64,000 nucleotides of DNA from an uncultured Acidimicrobiaceae bacterium (GTDB taxonomy: Bacteria > Actinomycetota > Acidimicrobiia > Acidimicrobiales > RAAP-2), in the NCBI GenBank assembly GCA_963788125.1, contig CAWBFN010000003.1, positions 184,450-248,449 on the forward strand, in the 5' to 3' direction. The first letter of the stretch is position 1. Each line of letters opens with the position of its first letter. The notes under the pieces were generated by a model. That model did no database searches. It was not told where the DNA came from and was given only the letters and a program-made list of their open reading frames with translations. The translations under genes and the position numbers were made by a program. Shown here piece after piece: positions 35,847 to 48,264 of this stretch.

Positions 35847-37136
35847 ATGACAGTTCACGCGGTGGCTGGCGCGCACGCCGGCTTACTAGGGGGAGAGGTA
35901 GAACTCTCCGCCGATGACACCTACGAGACGGCCCGGACGTTCGAGTCCCTGGGAGTCTCCGAAGAGTTGACCAAAGCGCTGGCCGATCACGGGATCGTCA
36001 GCGCTTTTCCAATTCAGGCACTGACGATCGCCGACGCACTGGCCGGGCGGGACGTGTGCGGCAAGGCCAAGACCGGTTCGGGCAAGACCCTCGCCTTTGG
36101 TGTGCCGCTGCTGCAGCGGACCAAGGCGACCAGGGATGCGCAGGGCTCTCCCGGCGGATCCCCGGTCCGGCCGGCACGGCCGCTGGCGCTGGTCCTCCTT
36201 CCCACGCGCGAGTTGGCCGTTCAGGTGCACGACGTGTTGGAGCCGTTGGCCAAAATGCTCGGCCTGCGTGCGGTGGCGGTGTACGGCGGCGCAGACATCG
36301 ACCGGCAGGTGTCCAGACTGCACAAGGGGGTCGACGTGGTCATCGCCACGCCGGGGCGGCTGATCGACCTCGGCGACCGGGGCGAGATCTCGGTCTCCCA
36401 GCTCGAGACGTTGGTGCTCGACGAGGCCGACCGCATGGCCGACATGGGCTTCATGCCCCAGGTCGAGTGGGTGCTCCGCCGCCTCGAGACGCCGCACCAG
36501 ACGCTGCTCTTCTCGGCGACCCTCGACGGCGCCGTCGACCGGCTCGTCCAGCGCTACCTGACCGAGCCCGTCTTCCACGAGGTGGCGTCGTCCACCCAGA
36601 CGGTGACGCTCATGGAGCACCGCTTCATTCAGGTGCACCAGATGGACAAGGTGAAGGTGGCAGCCGCCATCGCCCGCTCGCAGGAGAAGTCGCTCATCTT
36701 CGTCCGCACCAAGCGGGGGGCCGATCGGCTCGTCGAGAACCTCGAGAAGGAGGGGTTGCGCGCCGCGGCGATCCACGGCGACCTGCGCCAGGCCAACCGG
36801 GAGCGCGCCCTGGCCGACTTCTCCAATGGCAAGCTGCCCGTCCTGGTGGCCACCGATGTGGCGGCGAGAGGTCTCCACATCGAGGCCGTGGACTGCGTCA
36901 TCCACTGGGATCCACCCGAAGACCACAAGGCGTACCTCCACCGCTCGGGACGTACCGCCCGCGCCGGTAAGGCCGGCGTCGTGGTGAGCCTGACCCTGTG
37001 GAACCAGCTGGTCGAGGTAGAGGTGATCCAGCGCCGGCTCGGACTGCGGATTCCCATCGTGGAGATGTTCTCCAACGACCCTCGCCTGGCCAACTTGGGC
37101 GAATGGACGCCGGCGCCCGAAGAGAGCGTGCTCTGA
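35847..37136 (+). CDS. DEAD-box ATP-dependent RNA helicase
   Basis: Q motif FPIQ, AKTGSGKTLAF, VLDEADRM, SAT and HRSGRTARAG. Confidence 0.9.
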   Translation: MTVHAVAGAHAGLLGGEVELSADDTYETARTFESLGVSEELTKALADHGIVSAFPIQALTIADALAGRDVCGKAKTGSGKTLAFGVPLLQRTKATRDAQGSPGGSPVRPARPLALVLLPTRELAVQVHDVLEPLAKMLGLRAVAVYGGADIDRQVSRLHKGVDVVIATPGRLIDLGDRGEISVSQLETLVLDEADRMADMGFMPQVEWVLRRLETPHQTLLFSATLDGAVDRLVQRYLTEPVFHEVASSTQTVTLMEHRFIQVHQMDKVKVAAAIARSQEKSLIFVRTKRGADRLVENLEKEGLRAAAIHGDLRQANRERALADFSNGKLPVLVATDVAARGLHIEAVDCVIHWDPPEDHKAYLHRSGRTARAGKAGVVVSLTLWNQLVEVEVIQRRLGLRIPIVEMFSNDPRLANLGEWTPAPEESVL

Positions 37137-37879
37137 GCGACGCGCCATCGCCGGACATCTGGTCGCCCAACGACGGGATCCGGCGCGTCCTGATCGTGGT
37201 TGCTCATCCCGATGATGTCGACTTCGGCACCGCCGGGACGGTGGCGGCCTTCACCAAGGCAGGGTTGGAGGTCACGTACTGCCTGGTCACCAATGGCGAG
37301 GCCGGCGGATCCGACCGCTCTGTCTCCCGCCCCGCCATGGCGGCGCTCCGACAACGCGAGCAGTACGCCGCGGCGGCCGAAGTGGGCGTGACCGACGTCC
37401 GTTTCCTGGGCCATCCCGACGGGCAGCTGCAGCCCACGATCGAGTTGCGGCGCGACATCAGCCGTGTCATCCGCCAGCTCAGGCCGGAGCGGGTCCTGAC
37501 CCAGTCGCCCGAACGGCGCTGGGACTTCATTTTCGCCAGCCATCCCGACCACCTCGCCGCCGGCGAGGCCACCGTCTGTGCCGTCTATCCCGACGCCCGC
37601 AATCCCTTTGCCCACCCCGAGCTGCTCGACGACGAGGGATTGGAGCCCTGGTCGGTCTCCGAGCTGTGGATCATGACGGCCGCGGGGCCCAACGTCGCCG
37701 TCGACACGACCGCCGCTGTCGAACGCAAGGTAGCGGCGCTGCTGCGCCACGAGAGCCAGATCGGCGATCCGGCCGCAACGGCCGAGCGGGTGCTGGCGGG
37801 CGGACGGGCGTCGGCTGCGGCCGCCGGCCTGCCCGAAGGGTCCACGGCAGAGCTCTTCCGGGTCACGCACATTCCCTGA
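37103..37879 (+). CDS. PIG-L/LmbE-family N-acetylglucosaminyl deacetylase (MshB/Mca-like)
   Basis: VAHPDDVDFGTAGT, HPDH. Start ATG 37103 overlaps the helicase end by 34 nt (start uncertain). Confidence 0.7.
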   Translation: MDAGARRERALSDAPSPDIWSPNDGIRRVLIVVAHPDDVDFGTAGTVAAFTKAGLEVTYCLVTNGEAGGSDRSVSRPAMAALRQREQYAAAAEVGVTDVRFLGHPDGQLQPTIELRRDISRVIRQLRPERVLTQSPERRWDFIFASHPDHLAAGEATVCAVYPDARNPFAHPELLDDEGLEPWSVSELWIMTAAGPNVAVDTTAAVERKVAALLRHESQIGDPAATAERVLAGGRASAAAAGLPEGSTAELFRVTHIP

Positions 37880-37893
37880 GCCGGTCGACCGGC
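37880..37893. terminator. Perfect palindrome GCCGGTCGACCGGC between convergent genes
   Basis: Lies directly after the PIG-L stop (37877-37879) and 30 nt after the acn stop. No U tract. Confidence 0.3.
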
Positions 37894-37922
37894 CACCTCG
37901 GCGGTGCTCCGACTCTTGCTCT

Positions 37923-40634
<2,712 letters not shown>

Positions 40635-40763
40635 GATCCCATTCTGCCGTGCATCGGCGCCGGGCAGCCATTTTGCCGAGACCGCCGTCTGCCGGACCAC
40701 CGGTGCGCCGGTCGGTACGCGGGGCTGCGCATCTCGGGCGCGTCCGCGAGGCAGAATCGAGCG

Positions 40764-42161
40764 ATGCGTCCACGCACCGGTGCCGCCGCTCGCCGCGCCC
40801 GGCGCTGGGTGCTGGCCCTCCTTCCTGTGCTGTCGGTGCTGGCCGCACCGTCGCTGCTGGCCGCACGTCCCGCCGGGGCAGCGGTCGCCGGACCGGGCTA
40901 CCCGGGCGGGGGGATGATCGGGTTCGGCAGCGTCGACCTGAGTGCGCCCGCCATGCCCGAACCCCTCAGTTCCCCGGTGCTCACCGGCGAGGCCACACCC
41001 GACGGGGGCGGGTACTGGTTGGCCAGTGCCGACGGCGGGGTCTTCGCCTTCGGCGACGCCACCTTCGAGGGATCACTCGGCGACCTGCCACTGCAGGGCC
41101 CCATCGTCGCCATGGCCGCCACCCCCGACGGCCACGGCTACTGGTTGGGGGCGCTCGACGGGGGTGTCTTCTCCTTCGGCGACGCCCAGTTCTACGGCAG
41201 CATGGGCGGAACCCATCTCAATCAGCCCATCGTCGGCATGGCGGCGACCCCTGACGGCGGCGGCTACTGGCTGGTGGCGGCCGACGGGGGCGTCTTCTCC
41301 TTCGGTGACGCCTCGTTCGACGGCAGCGCGGGCGGGACCCCACTCAACCAGCCCATCGTCGGCATGGCGGCGACCCCCGACGGAGGCGGCTACTGGCTGG
41401 TGGCGTCCGACGGCGGCATCTTCACCTTCGGTGACGCCCGGTTCTACGGGTCCTGGGGCAGTGCCAACCTCCCCGATCCCGTGGTGGGGATGATCGCCAG
41501 CCCCGACGGCGACGGCTACGCGGTGACCACGGCCAACGGGGTGGTGCTGGCCGCCGGCGATGCCCACTCCTACGGCGGGCTGACCCTCGATCCCGATGCC
41601 ACCCCGATATCGGCCATCATCGGGAACAGGGCCGGAACGGGCTACTGGCTGCTCGATCCGGAGGCCTGGAGCTACACCTTCGCCTTGCCCACCCCTGAGG
41701 GCCAGCCCCCCGGGTCGGCCGCCATCGTCGCCGCCGTTGCGTCCCAGATTGAGCCTGATCCCGATACCCGGGCGTGGTGCAACCCCTACGGGCCGTGCGA
41801 GGAGTGGTGCGCCCTCTTCGCCACCTGGGCCTGGCGCCATGCAGGGATACCCATCCCCTCCTACGGCTTCGTGGGGGACATCTACGACTGGGCGGCCGGC
41901 CACGGCGCCGTGCTTGCGCCGACGGCCATGCCGGCTCCGGGTGACGCCGTCCTGTACGGCACCGGGCCGGGGAACGTCTACACCTCCGTCCACGTGGGGA
42001 TCGTGACCCAGGTCTGGCCCGACGGGGCGATCGACACGGTCGACGGCGACTCGGGCCCGGGTCGAAACGGCTGGCTCTCGGTGACCATCAACGGCCCCTA
42101 CCTTCCGGTGGACTCGCTCTCGTACAACGGGGTGGGGATCTACGCCTTCGCGCAGCCCTGA
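40764..42161 (+). CDS. Secreted protein: signal peptide, ~6-7 copies of a ~42-aa (T)[26 protein letters not shown] repeat, C-terminal CHAP/NlpC-like amidase
   Basis: Signal peptide [20 protein letters not shown]. Repeats fall at ~40890-41663. The C-terminal domain has catalytic-type Cys ([17 protein letters not shown]) and His (YTSVHVGIV). Confidence 0.7.
   Translation: MRPRTGAAARRARRWVLALLPVLSVLAAPSLLAARPAGAAVAGPGYPGGGMIGFGSVDLSAPAMPEPLSSPVLTGEATPDGGGYWLASADGGVFAFGDATFEGSLGDLPLQGPIVAMAATPDGHGYWLGALDGGVFSFGDAQFYGSMGGTHLNQPIVGMAATPDGGGYWLVAADGGVFSFGDASFDGSAGGTPLNQPIVGMAATPDGGGYWLVASDGGIFTFGDARFYGSWGSANLPDPVVGMIASPDGDGYAVTTANGVVLAAGDAHSYGGLTLDPDATPISAIIGNRAGTGYWLLDPEAWSYTFALPTPEGQPPGSAAIVAAVASQIEPDPDTRAWCNPYGPCEEWCALFATWAWRHAGIPIPSYGFVGDIYDWAAGHGAVLAPTAMPAPGDAVLYGTGPGNVYTSVHVGIVTQVWPDGAIDTVDGDSGPGRNGWLSVTINGPYLPVDSLSYNGVGIYAFAQP
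41211..41462 (+). repeat. Two near-identical 126-bp tandem units inside the repeat-CHAP gene
   Basis: The unit starting ACCCATCTCAATCAGCCCATCGTCGGCATGGCGGCGACCCC recurs at 41337 with few substitutions. Confidence 0.85.
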
Positions 42162-42205
42162 GAGGCGGCGCACCCCCGGCGGCCAACCTCGGCCGCCGGC
42201 GTGGG

Positions 42206-43942
42206 ATGCGACAATGGGAGATGCCCGACCCATCCGGCGCTCTCCTCCAACGCCTGCAGGCCGCCTTTGGCAGCATCGAACCCGGGGCCGACCCGGTCCT
42301 GCGTCCCTCTGACCGGGCCGACTTTCAGGCCAACGGCGCGCTGGCCCTGGCCAAGCGGGTGGGGCGCTCCCCGCGGGAGGTGGCCGACGAGGTGGTGGCG
42401 GCCGCCGCGCTCGACGATCTCTGCTCCGTGGTCGAGGTCAGCGGGCCGGGCTTCATCAACCTCACCCTGTCGGACGGGTTCGTCACCGCTCAGGTGGCGG
42501 CCATGGGGGCCGACGACCGCTTGGGGGTTGCTCCGACCGCGGATCCACAGACGATCGTCATCGACTACTCGGCGCCCAACATGGCCAAGGAGATGCACGT
42601 CGGGCACCTGCGCAGCACGGTGATCGGCGACGCGCTGGCGCGCGTCCTGGGCTTTCTCGGCCATGAGGTACTCCGCGAGAACCACATCGGCGACTGGGGC
42701 ACCCCCTTCGGCATGCTGATCGAGCACCTGATCGACGTGGGGGGCTCGGCCGATGCCGAGTCCTTCAGCGTGCGGGACCTCGACGAGTTCTACGCCCAGG
42801 CCCGCCGGCACTTCGACCGCGACCCCGCCTTCGGTGTGCGCTGCCGACGGCGAGTGGTGCTCTTGCAGAAGGGTGACCCCGAGACGCTGCGGCTGTGGCA
42901 GATCTTCGTGGCGGAGAGCCTGCGCCACATCGACGAGGTCTACGGCATGCTCGGCGTCCTGCTGACCGACGACGACATCGCCGGCGAGAGCTCCTACAAC
43001 CCCCTGCTCCCGGTGGTGGTCGACGAGCTGGCGGCGAAGGGGCTCTTGGTGGAGGACCACGGAGCCCTCTGCGTGTTCCCCGAGGGGTTCACCAACCGCC
43101 AGGGGGACCCGCTCCCCCTGATCGTGCGCAAGTCCGACGGGGGCTATGGCTACCCGGCTACCGATCTGGCCTGCATCCGGGACCGCACGCAACGCCGGCA
43201 CGCCACCACCATCGTCTACGTGGTCGGCGCCGAGCAGGCGCTCCACCTGCGGCTCGTCTTCGCCGTCGCCACCCTGGCCGGCTACCTGCCCGACACCTCG
43301 GCCGCGGTGCACGTGGGGTTCGGGTTGGTCCTCGGTGCCGACGGCAAGAAGTTCTCCAGCCGCGGCGGGGGTTCGGAGCGCCTGGTCGACCTCCTGAGCG
43401 AAGGCATCGCCCGGGCCACGGCCTCCATGGCGGAGCGCCCGAGCGACCTGGACGCCGGGCAGCGGGCGGCCGTGGCGCGCGCCCTGGGCATCGGCGCCGT
43501 GAAGTATGCCGACCTTTCGACCGAGCGCATGCGGGACTACGTCTTCGACTGGGACCGCATGCTGGCCTTCGAAGGCGATACCGGTCCCTACCTCCAGTAC
43601 GCCCACGCCCGCATCCGTTCGATCTTCCGGAAGGCCGGCGTGCCCGCCCCGGACCGGGCGGCGCCACCCCTGGTCGACGAGCCCGCCGAGCGCGCCCTGG
43701 CCATGCAGCTGCTCGGGTTCTCCGAGGCGGTCGAGGCGACCGCGGCGGCCTACAACCCGGCCAAGCTCTGCACCTACCTCTTCGACCTGGCGACCACCTT
43801 CACGACCTTCTATGAGGGTTGCCGGGTCCTGGTCGACGACGAGGTCCTGCGGAACTCGCGCCTCGGCCTCTGTGACCTCACGGCCCGGGTGCTCGAGCTG
43901 GGGCTGTCGCTCCTGGGCATGGAAGCGCCCGACCAGATGTAG
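42206..43942 (+). CDS. argS: Arginine--tRNA ligase
   Basis: SAPNMAKEMHVGHLRS (HIGH-type) and a DALR anticodon-binding C-terminus. ATG at 42221 is an alternative start. Confidence 0.9.
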   Translation: MRQWEMPDPSGALLQRLQAAFGSIEPGADPVLRPSDRADFQANGALALAKRVGRSPREVADEVVAAAALDDLCSVVEVSGPGFINLTLSDGFVTAQVAAMGADDRLGVAPTADPQTIVIDYSAPNMAKEMHVGHLRSTVIGDALARVLGFLGHEVLRENHIGDWGTPFGMLIEHLIDVGGSADAESFSVRDLDEFYAQARRHFDRDPAFGVRCRRRVVLLQKGDPETLRLWQIFVAESLRHIDEVYGMLGVLLTDDDIAGESSYNPLLPVVVDELAAKGLLVEDHGALCVFPEGFTNRQGDPLPLIVRKSDGGYGYPATDLACIRDRTQRRHATTIVYVVGAEQALHLRLVFAVATLAGYLPDTSAAVHVGFGLVLGADGKKFSSRGGGSERLVDLLSEGIARATASMAERPSDLDAGQRAAVARALGIGAVKYADLSTERMRDYVFDWDRMLAFEGDTGPYLQYAHARIRSIFRKAGVPAPDRAAPPLVDEPAERALAMQLLGFSEAVEATAAAYNPAKLCTYLFDLATTFTTFYEGCRVLVDDEVLRNSRLGLCDLTARVLELGLSLLGMEAPDQM

Positions 43943-44058
43943 CGATCCCTCCCTCGAGGTCGGCGAATTGGGGACCGGCCGCGCACCCCCCTATCCTCTG
44001 CCGGGCACATCTCGCGCCGGTCCCATGGTGGGGCGCCAACGAAGGAGTCGAAGAACCG

Positions 44059-44835
44059 ATGGAACTGAGTGGGACATCCGCGATCGTCACCGGTGGAGCG
44101 TCCGGTCTGGGGGCGGCGACCTCCCGTCTTTTGTCCGAGCGGGGTGTCCGTGTCGTCGTGGCGGACCTCCAGGTGGACAGGGGAACCGACCTGGCCAAGG
44201 AGATCGGCGGCGTGTTCGCCCAGACGGACGTGAGCGACGAGGGGAGCGTGACCGCCGCGGTGGGAGCCGCCACGGAGATGGGCCCGTTGAAGTCGCTCGT
44301 CAACTGCGCCGGCATCGGTTGGGCGATGCGCACCATCGGACGGGACGGCGACTTTGCCTCCGCCCACGACCTCGGGGCCTACCGCCGGGTCATCGAGATC
44401 AACCTCATCGGGACGTTCAACTGCATCCGCCTGGCCGCCACCAAGATGAGTCTGAACGAGCCCGACGAGGACGGGTGCAGGGGCGCCATCGTGAACACGG
44501 CCTCGGTGGCGGCCGAGGACGGGCAGATCGGCCAGGCGGCGTACTCGTCGTCCAAAGGGGGGATCGTGGGCATGACCCTCCCCGTCGCCCGGGACCTGTC
44601 GGTCGTGGGCATCCGGATCAACACCATCCTCCCGGGGCTGATCGACACCCCGATTTACGGCGCGTTCGAGGACTCCGAGGCGTTCAAGGTCAAGCTGGCC
44701 GAAGACGTCCTCTTTCCCCGGCGGCTGGGCCACGCCGCCGAGTTCGCCTCCCTGGCCCTGGAGCTGCTGGGCAACTCGTACATGAACGCCGAGACGGTCC
44801 GCATCGATGCCGGCGTCCGCCTGCGGCCGAAGTGA
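44059..44835 (+). CDS. Short-chain dehydrogenase (type-2 3-hydroxyacyl-CoA dehydrogenase-like)
   Basis: TGGASGLG, NCAGIG and YSSSKGG (catalytic YxxxK). Confidence 0.8.
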   Translation: MELSGTSAIVTGGASGLGAATSRLLSERGVRVVVADLQVDRGTDLAKEIGGVFAQTDVSDEGSVTAAVGAATEMGPLKSLVNCAGIGWAMRTIGRDGDFASAHDLGAYRRVIEINLIGTFNCIRLAATKMSLNEPDEDGCRGAIVNTASVAAEDGQIGQAAYSSSKGGIVGMTLPVARDLSVVGIRINTILPGLIDTPIYGAFEDSEAFKVKLAEDVLFPRRLGHAAEFASLALELLGNSYMNAETVRIDAGVRLRPK

Positions 44836-44872
44836 GAGACGGGCCCGCCCCTCCGGAGAGGAGAAGAAGGCA

Positions 44873-45811
44873 GTGATCGACCCAGAACTCACCGAGGCCC
44901 TGGCCCTGATACCGGAGATCGATCTTTCGGACCCTGTCGCGGCCCGCGCCGGCTTCGCGGCCCTGTCGGCCGGCCTCCGGACCGAGATCGCGGGGATTGA
45001 GACGCTCGACATAGAGGACCGGCTGGTCGCGGGCTGGGAGGGGGACCCGGAGGTGCCCGTGCGGGTCTACCGGCCACGGGAGCGCTCGGGTGCGGCGCCC
45101 GTCGTGCTGCTGATCCACGGCGGCGGTTTCGTCCTGGGCAGTGTCGAGGGCGAGCACGCCCGCGCCGCGACGACGGCCCTTCAGACCGGCGCCGTCGTGG
45201 TCTCGGTCGAGTACCGGCTCGCCCCCGAGCACCCGTTCCCGGACGGCCTGCACGACTGCTACAGCGCCCTGGTGTTCGTCGCCCGTTCGGCCGGCGATCT
45301 CGGGGTCGACCCCGCCCGGGTGGCACTGGTGGGCAGCAGCGCGGGCGGCGGGTTGGCGGCGGCGACCGCCCTGCTGGCCCGGGATCGTGGCGGGCCCGCC
45401 GTGTGCTTTCAGATGCTGCACATCCCCGAGCTCGACGATCGATTGGAGACGCCGTCAATGCGGGCGTTCGTCGACTCGCCGATGTGGAACCGGCCTCTGG
45501 CCGAGCAGAGCTGGCGGGCGTATCTCGGTGCCGACGCCGACCGCGCTGCCGTCTCGCCCTACGCCGCTCCCGCCCGGGCGGCCGAGTTGTCAGGTCTTCC
45601 CCCGGCCTACATCTCGACGGCCGAGAACGACCCTCTCCGAGACGAAGGCATCCTCTACGGGCTGCGACTCTTGCAGGCCGGGGTCTCCGTCGAGCTGCAC
45701 CAGTTTCCCGGCACCTACCACGGCTCGGCGCTCGCGGCCTCGGCCGCCGTCTCCCAGCGGGCCCAGTTCGAGAGCATGACCGTGTTGCGCCGGGCCCTGG
45801 GGGTCGACTGA
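44873..45811 (+). CDS. Alpha/beta hydrolase, hormone-sensitive-lipase-type esterase
   Basis: HGGGF oxyanion motif and GSSAGG nucleophile elbow. GTG at 44873 follows GGAGAGGAGAAGAAGG. Confidence 0.8.
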   Translation: MIDPELTEALALIPEIDLSDPVAARAGFAALSAGLRTEIAGIETLDIEDRLVAGWEGDPEVPVRVYRPRERSGAAPVVLLIHGGGFVLGSVEGEHARAATTALQTGAVVVSVEYRLAPEHPFPDGLHDCYSALVFVARSAGDLGVDPARVALVGSSAGGGLAAATALLARDRGGPAVCFQMLHIPELDDRLETPSMRAFVDSPMWNRPLAEQSWRAYLGADADRAAVSPYAAPARAAELSGLPPAYISTAENDPLRDEGILYGLRLLQAGVSVELHQFPGTYHGSALAASAAVSQRAQFESMTVLRRALGVD

Positions 45812-45843
45812 CCGGAGTCGGCCGCTCCCACAGGAGTGCGTGC

Positions 45844-46212
45844 TCAGTTGGGGATGTCCAGCTCCGACCAGACCGTGGCCCCGTGACCGTCGTGGCGCTT
45901 CACTCCCCAGACATGGGACGCCTGCGCAACCCGACCGAGGCCGTGCGTGTCACCCAGGGGCGGGAACCAGCCTCCCGCGCGACGCATCGGACCGGGCCCT
46001 TCGTCCCGCACGCCGATCCAGACCCGGTCGCCCCGCACCTGCAGGTCGACTCGCACTCGACCCTTCCCATGTTGGAGGGCATTGGAGAGCAGCTCGTCCA
46101 TGACGTCCACCACCTGCGTGATCACCGGTCCGAGCGACCAGGACTGCACGAGGGACAGACACCAGTGGTCAGCCTTTCTTCGAATCTCCGTCACCGGGTC
46201 GAAGGTCTTCAT
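45844..46212 (-). CDS. HATPase_c anti-sigma-factor-like serine kinase (RsbW/SpoIIAB type), orphan
   Basis: ELLSNALQHG (N box) and VRDEGPG (G1). ATG at 46212 preferred because the maximal ORF adds only a Pro-rich extension. Confidence 0.6.
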   Translation of the reverse strand: MKTFDPVTEIRRKADHWCLSLVQSWSLGPVITQVVDVMDELLSNALQHGKGRVRVDLQVRGDRVWIGVRDEGPGPMRRAGGWFPPLGDTHGLGRVAQASHVWGVKRHDGHGATVWSELDIPN

Positions 46213-46746
46213 GGCCGAGGGGGCCGGGGTGACCGGAGGGGCCGGAGGGGCCGGGGGGACCGGGCGACGACCATCATGTCGGCGCACGGCTTGCAGGGTT
46301 GTTGGCACGGTACCAATCTTCGGGCGCCGACGACCATGAGGTTAAAGTTCGTCCGGCCCTTCTCGGTGCTCACTATAGGCGTCCCGGATCCGAACGGCCG
46401 CAGTGGCCCGCCGCCGGGCCGGTCCTCACACCATCGATCAGGAAAGCCGACCCCCGCCCAGGGAGTACGCGCTACTCGTCGGCGTGGGACTGGGAAATCC
46501 ACCAGGCTCATCCGGCTCCATTCACGCTGTCCGCAAGCGTCCTGCTTACCTGTACGCCTTCTGTGTTTGGGAATCGAAGGGTCGACGGGAGGACATAACG
46601 GTGTTGGCGGACTGTCATCATCTCGTCATTGAACTCGCAGCTGGAATCAAGCTCGCTGGAATCTTCCCGTGTTCTAATGCGAGGCAGATGTGCTCATGTC
46701 CGACATAGGTGAAGCAACTATGCCGCTTCGCCAAAGGAGGTTGGGA

Positions 46747-46974
46747 ATGAAGAGCCCCTTCAGCAAGGTTCTGCTAGGTCGGGGTGTCGCAGGAGGAACG
46801 TTAGGGTTGGGATTCGGAATCGGATCAGTTGTTTCCGGGGCGGCCACGACTTCGTCAGGCTCATCGACCACGGCGCCGAGTTCCACTACGGCGCCCTCTA
46901 CGACGACGCCCTCTACGACGACGCCGTCTACGACGACGCCGTGTCCACATATGAATGGTGCGGCGGCTGGGTAG
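46747..46974 (+). CDS. 75-aa predicted membrane-anchored or secreted Ser/Thr/Pro-rich protein, possibly an N-terminal gene fragment
   Basis: Strong SD AAGGAGG (46734-46740) 6 nt before the ATG. Hydrophobic N-terminus, then a (PSTTT)3 linker encoded by a 15-bp x3 repeat (46893-46937), ending ...CPHMNGAAAG. Confidence 0.4.
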   Translation: MKSPFSKVLLGRGVAGGTLGLGFGIGSVVSGAATTSSGSSTTAPSSTTAPSTTTPSTTTPSTTTPCPHMNGAAAG

Positions 46975-47354
46975 CAGAACCCGCCGGCCATCTCGATTGG
47001 CCGGTACGCCAAAGTGATTCGGGAAGATCCTCGATCCGCCTGCGCGCAGAGGTACGGGCTGGATCGAAATGCAAGAGCCCCTCAATCGCCAGTTGATGGT
47101 CGGAAAACGATTTGCACGCCAACCTTCACGAGATCCCAGCGGGCAAACGATGGGGCAGGAGGTCAACATCTATGCCTGCACCCGTTCATCCTCTATGACG
47201 TCGAGCTGGGGTCGGACGGCTCACGTGGGCGCCGATTAGGTTACGCTCCGCCGCGGAATACGCGGCTTGACTGTTGTGCGTGTGTTGAGGTTTGCCCTAA
47301 TAGCTCGGGTACACGCCCAAGTCGCCGGGCGGGTTTAGACCCGGGATTCGTCAG

Positions 47355-47561
47355 TCACTCGGTTCGCAAGACGAGGGCTGCGGGGGTGCGGGCGGGGACA
47401 GCCGCAACGAGATTGGCGAGGATGAGAACTCCCGCCGCGACCAATATCAGTGAGGTAGGCACGGTGGGTTGGGGGACAGCATTGATGTTGCGAGCGAAAA
47501 GGATCCATAGTTGCCGCCCAGCAGCAATGCCGACGGGCAATCCTATGATCGTGGCGATCAA
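47355..47561 (-). pseudogene. C-terminal fragment of an FtsX/MacB-type ABC permease
   Basis: ...GLPVGIAAGRQLWILFARNINAVPQPTVP..LILVAAGVLILANLVAAVPARTPAALVLRTE matches the last two helices and tail of FtsX-domain permeases. An in-frame TAG lies 3 codons upstream of the ORF start and the next gene begins only 83 nt away. Confidence 0.6.
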
Positions 47562-47643
47562 GGGGGACTGCTACCCACCAGCGTGGGTGATACGCCTTCG
47601 GTCGAGCTTTGAGGGCAGTGCCCTGCAAGCGGAGGGACGAAGC

Positions 47644-48060
47644 TCAACTATCGAATGTGTCGTGGAACGACGGGGTGTAGCAGACGGCGACGAGTAAGCC
47701 CTCCGGGCTTAACAGTCGAGCGGTGATCTGGGTCCACGGCTCCGTGCGGGCGTCATGAATGAGCCGATAGCCCTTGGAGGTGAGTTCGGCGGCTGCGGCG
47801 GCGACATCAGCGACCTCGAACTCGATGCTGGCCTGGGGAAGCGGCACGTCGTCGGGCCATTCGTTCGTGCCGAAACATGCGCTCGCTGCCTCCGAAAGGG
47901 GCCACAGGCCAAAGTGCTTCACCCCTTCCAGCTCGTGCGTGAATACATAATCGCCCTCTTCGCCCTCAAATGACAGGCCCAAGGCGTCCCGATAGAACGA
48001 GCGAGCTGCGTCAGCATCTCGCACGATCGGGGCGACGCTCGTTACGAACTGGACGTTCAT
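47644..48060 (-). CDS. VOC (glyoxalase/bleomycin-resistance) family protein
   Basis: 138 aa with the paired beta-alpha-beta-beta-beta pattern (VRDADAARSFYRDALGL... and IEFEVADVAAAAAELTSKG). Confidence 0.65.
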   Translation of the reverse strand: MNVQFVTSVAPIVRDADAARSFYRDALGLSFEGEEGDYVFTHELEGVKHFGLWPLSEAASACFGTNEWPDDVPLPQASIEFEVADVAAAAAELTSKGYRLIHDARTEPWTQITARLLSPEGLLVAVCYTPSFHDTFDS

Positions 48061-48194
48061 TAGTCCGAACCTCCTCGCTGTCAGCTTTTCTATTTTGTCC
48101 TTACCCGCGGTGCGACATTTCCCGGCTGGGTACAGTCAGGGCCACCGCTTCCTCTCCAGTTTAGAGTTCCCTCACCAGTTTGGGTCGCAGTGCT

Positions 48195-48216
48195 CCACCG
48201 TCCCCGCTGACGGTGG
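48195..48216. terminator. Stem-loop CCACCGTC-cccgct-GACGGTGG
   Basis: 8-bp perfect stem ~50 nt downstream of the minus-strand ORF ending at 48265. No clear U tract. Confidence 0.3.
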
Positions 48217-48264
48217 GGGCTGATGTCTTGGTTTTCGACGTAACTCCGAGCGTCGAACTTATTA

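Noticed and set aside
40635-40763. Direct repeat CGGCA(A/G)AATGG upstream of acn as a regulator site.
   Set aside because: There are only two imperfect 10-mers, with no palindromic structure and no match to operator motifs I know for aconitase regulators. This is too weak to report.
46213-46746. A missing partner gene (STAS anti-anti-sigma or a sigma factor) upstream of the orphan anti-sigma-type kinase.
   Set aside because: I translated the minus strand in all three frames. I found only short, stop-interrupted stretches with no STAS or sigma-factor motifs.
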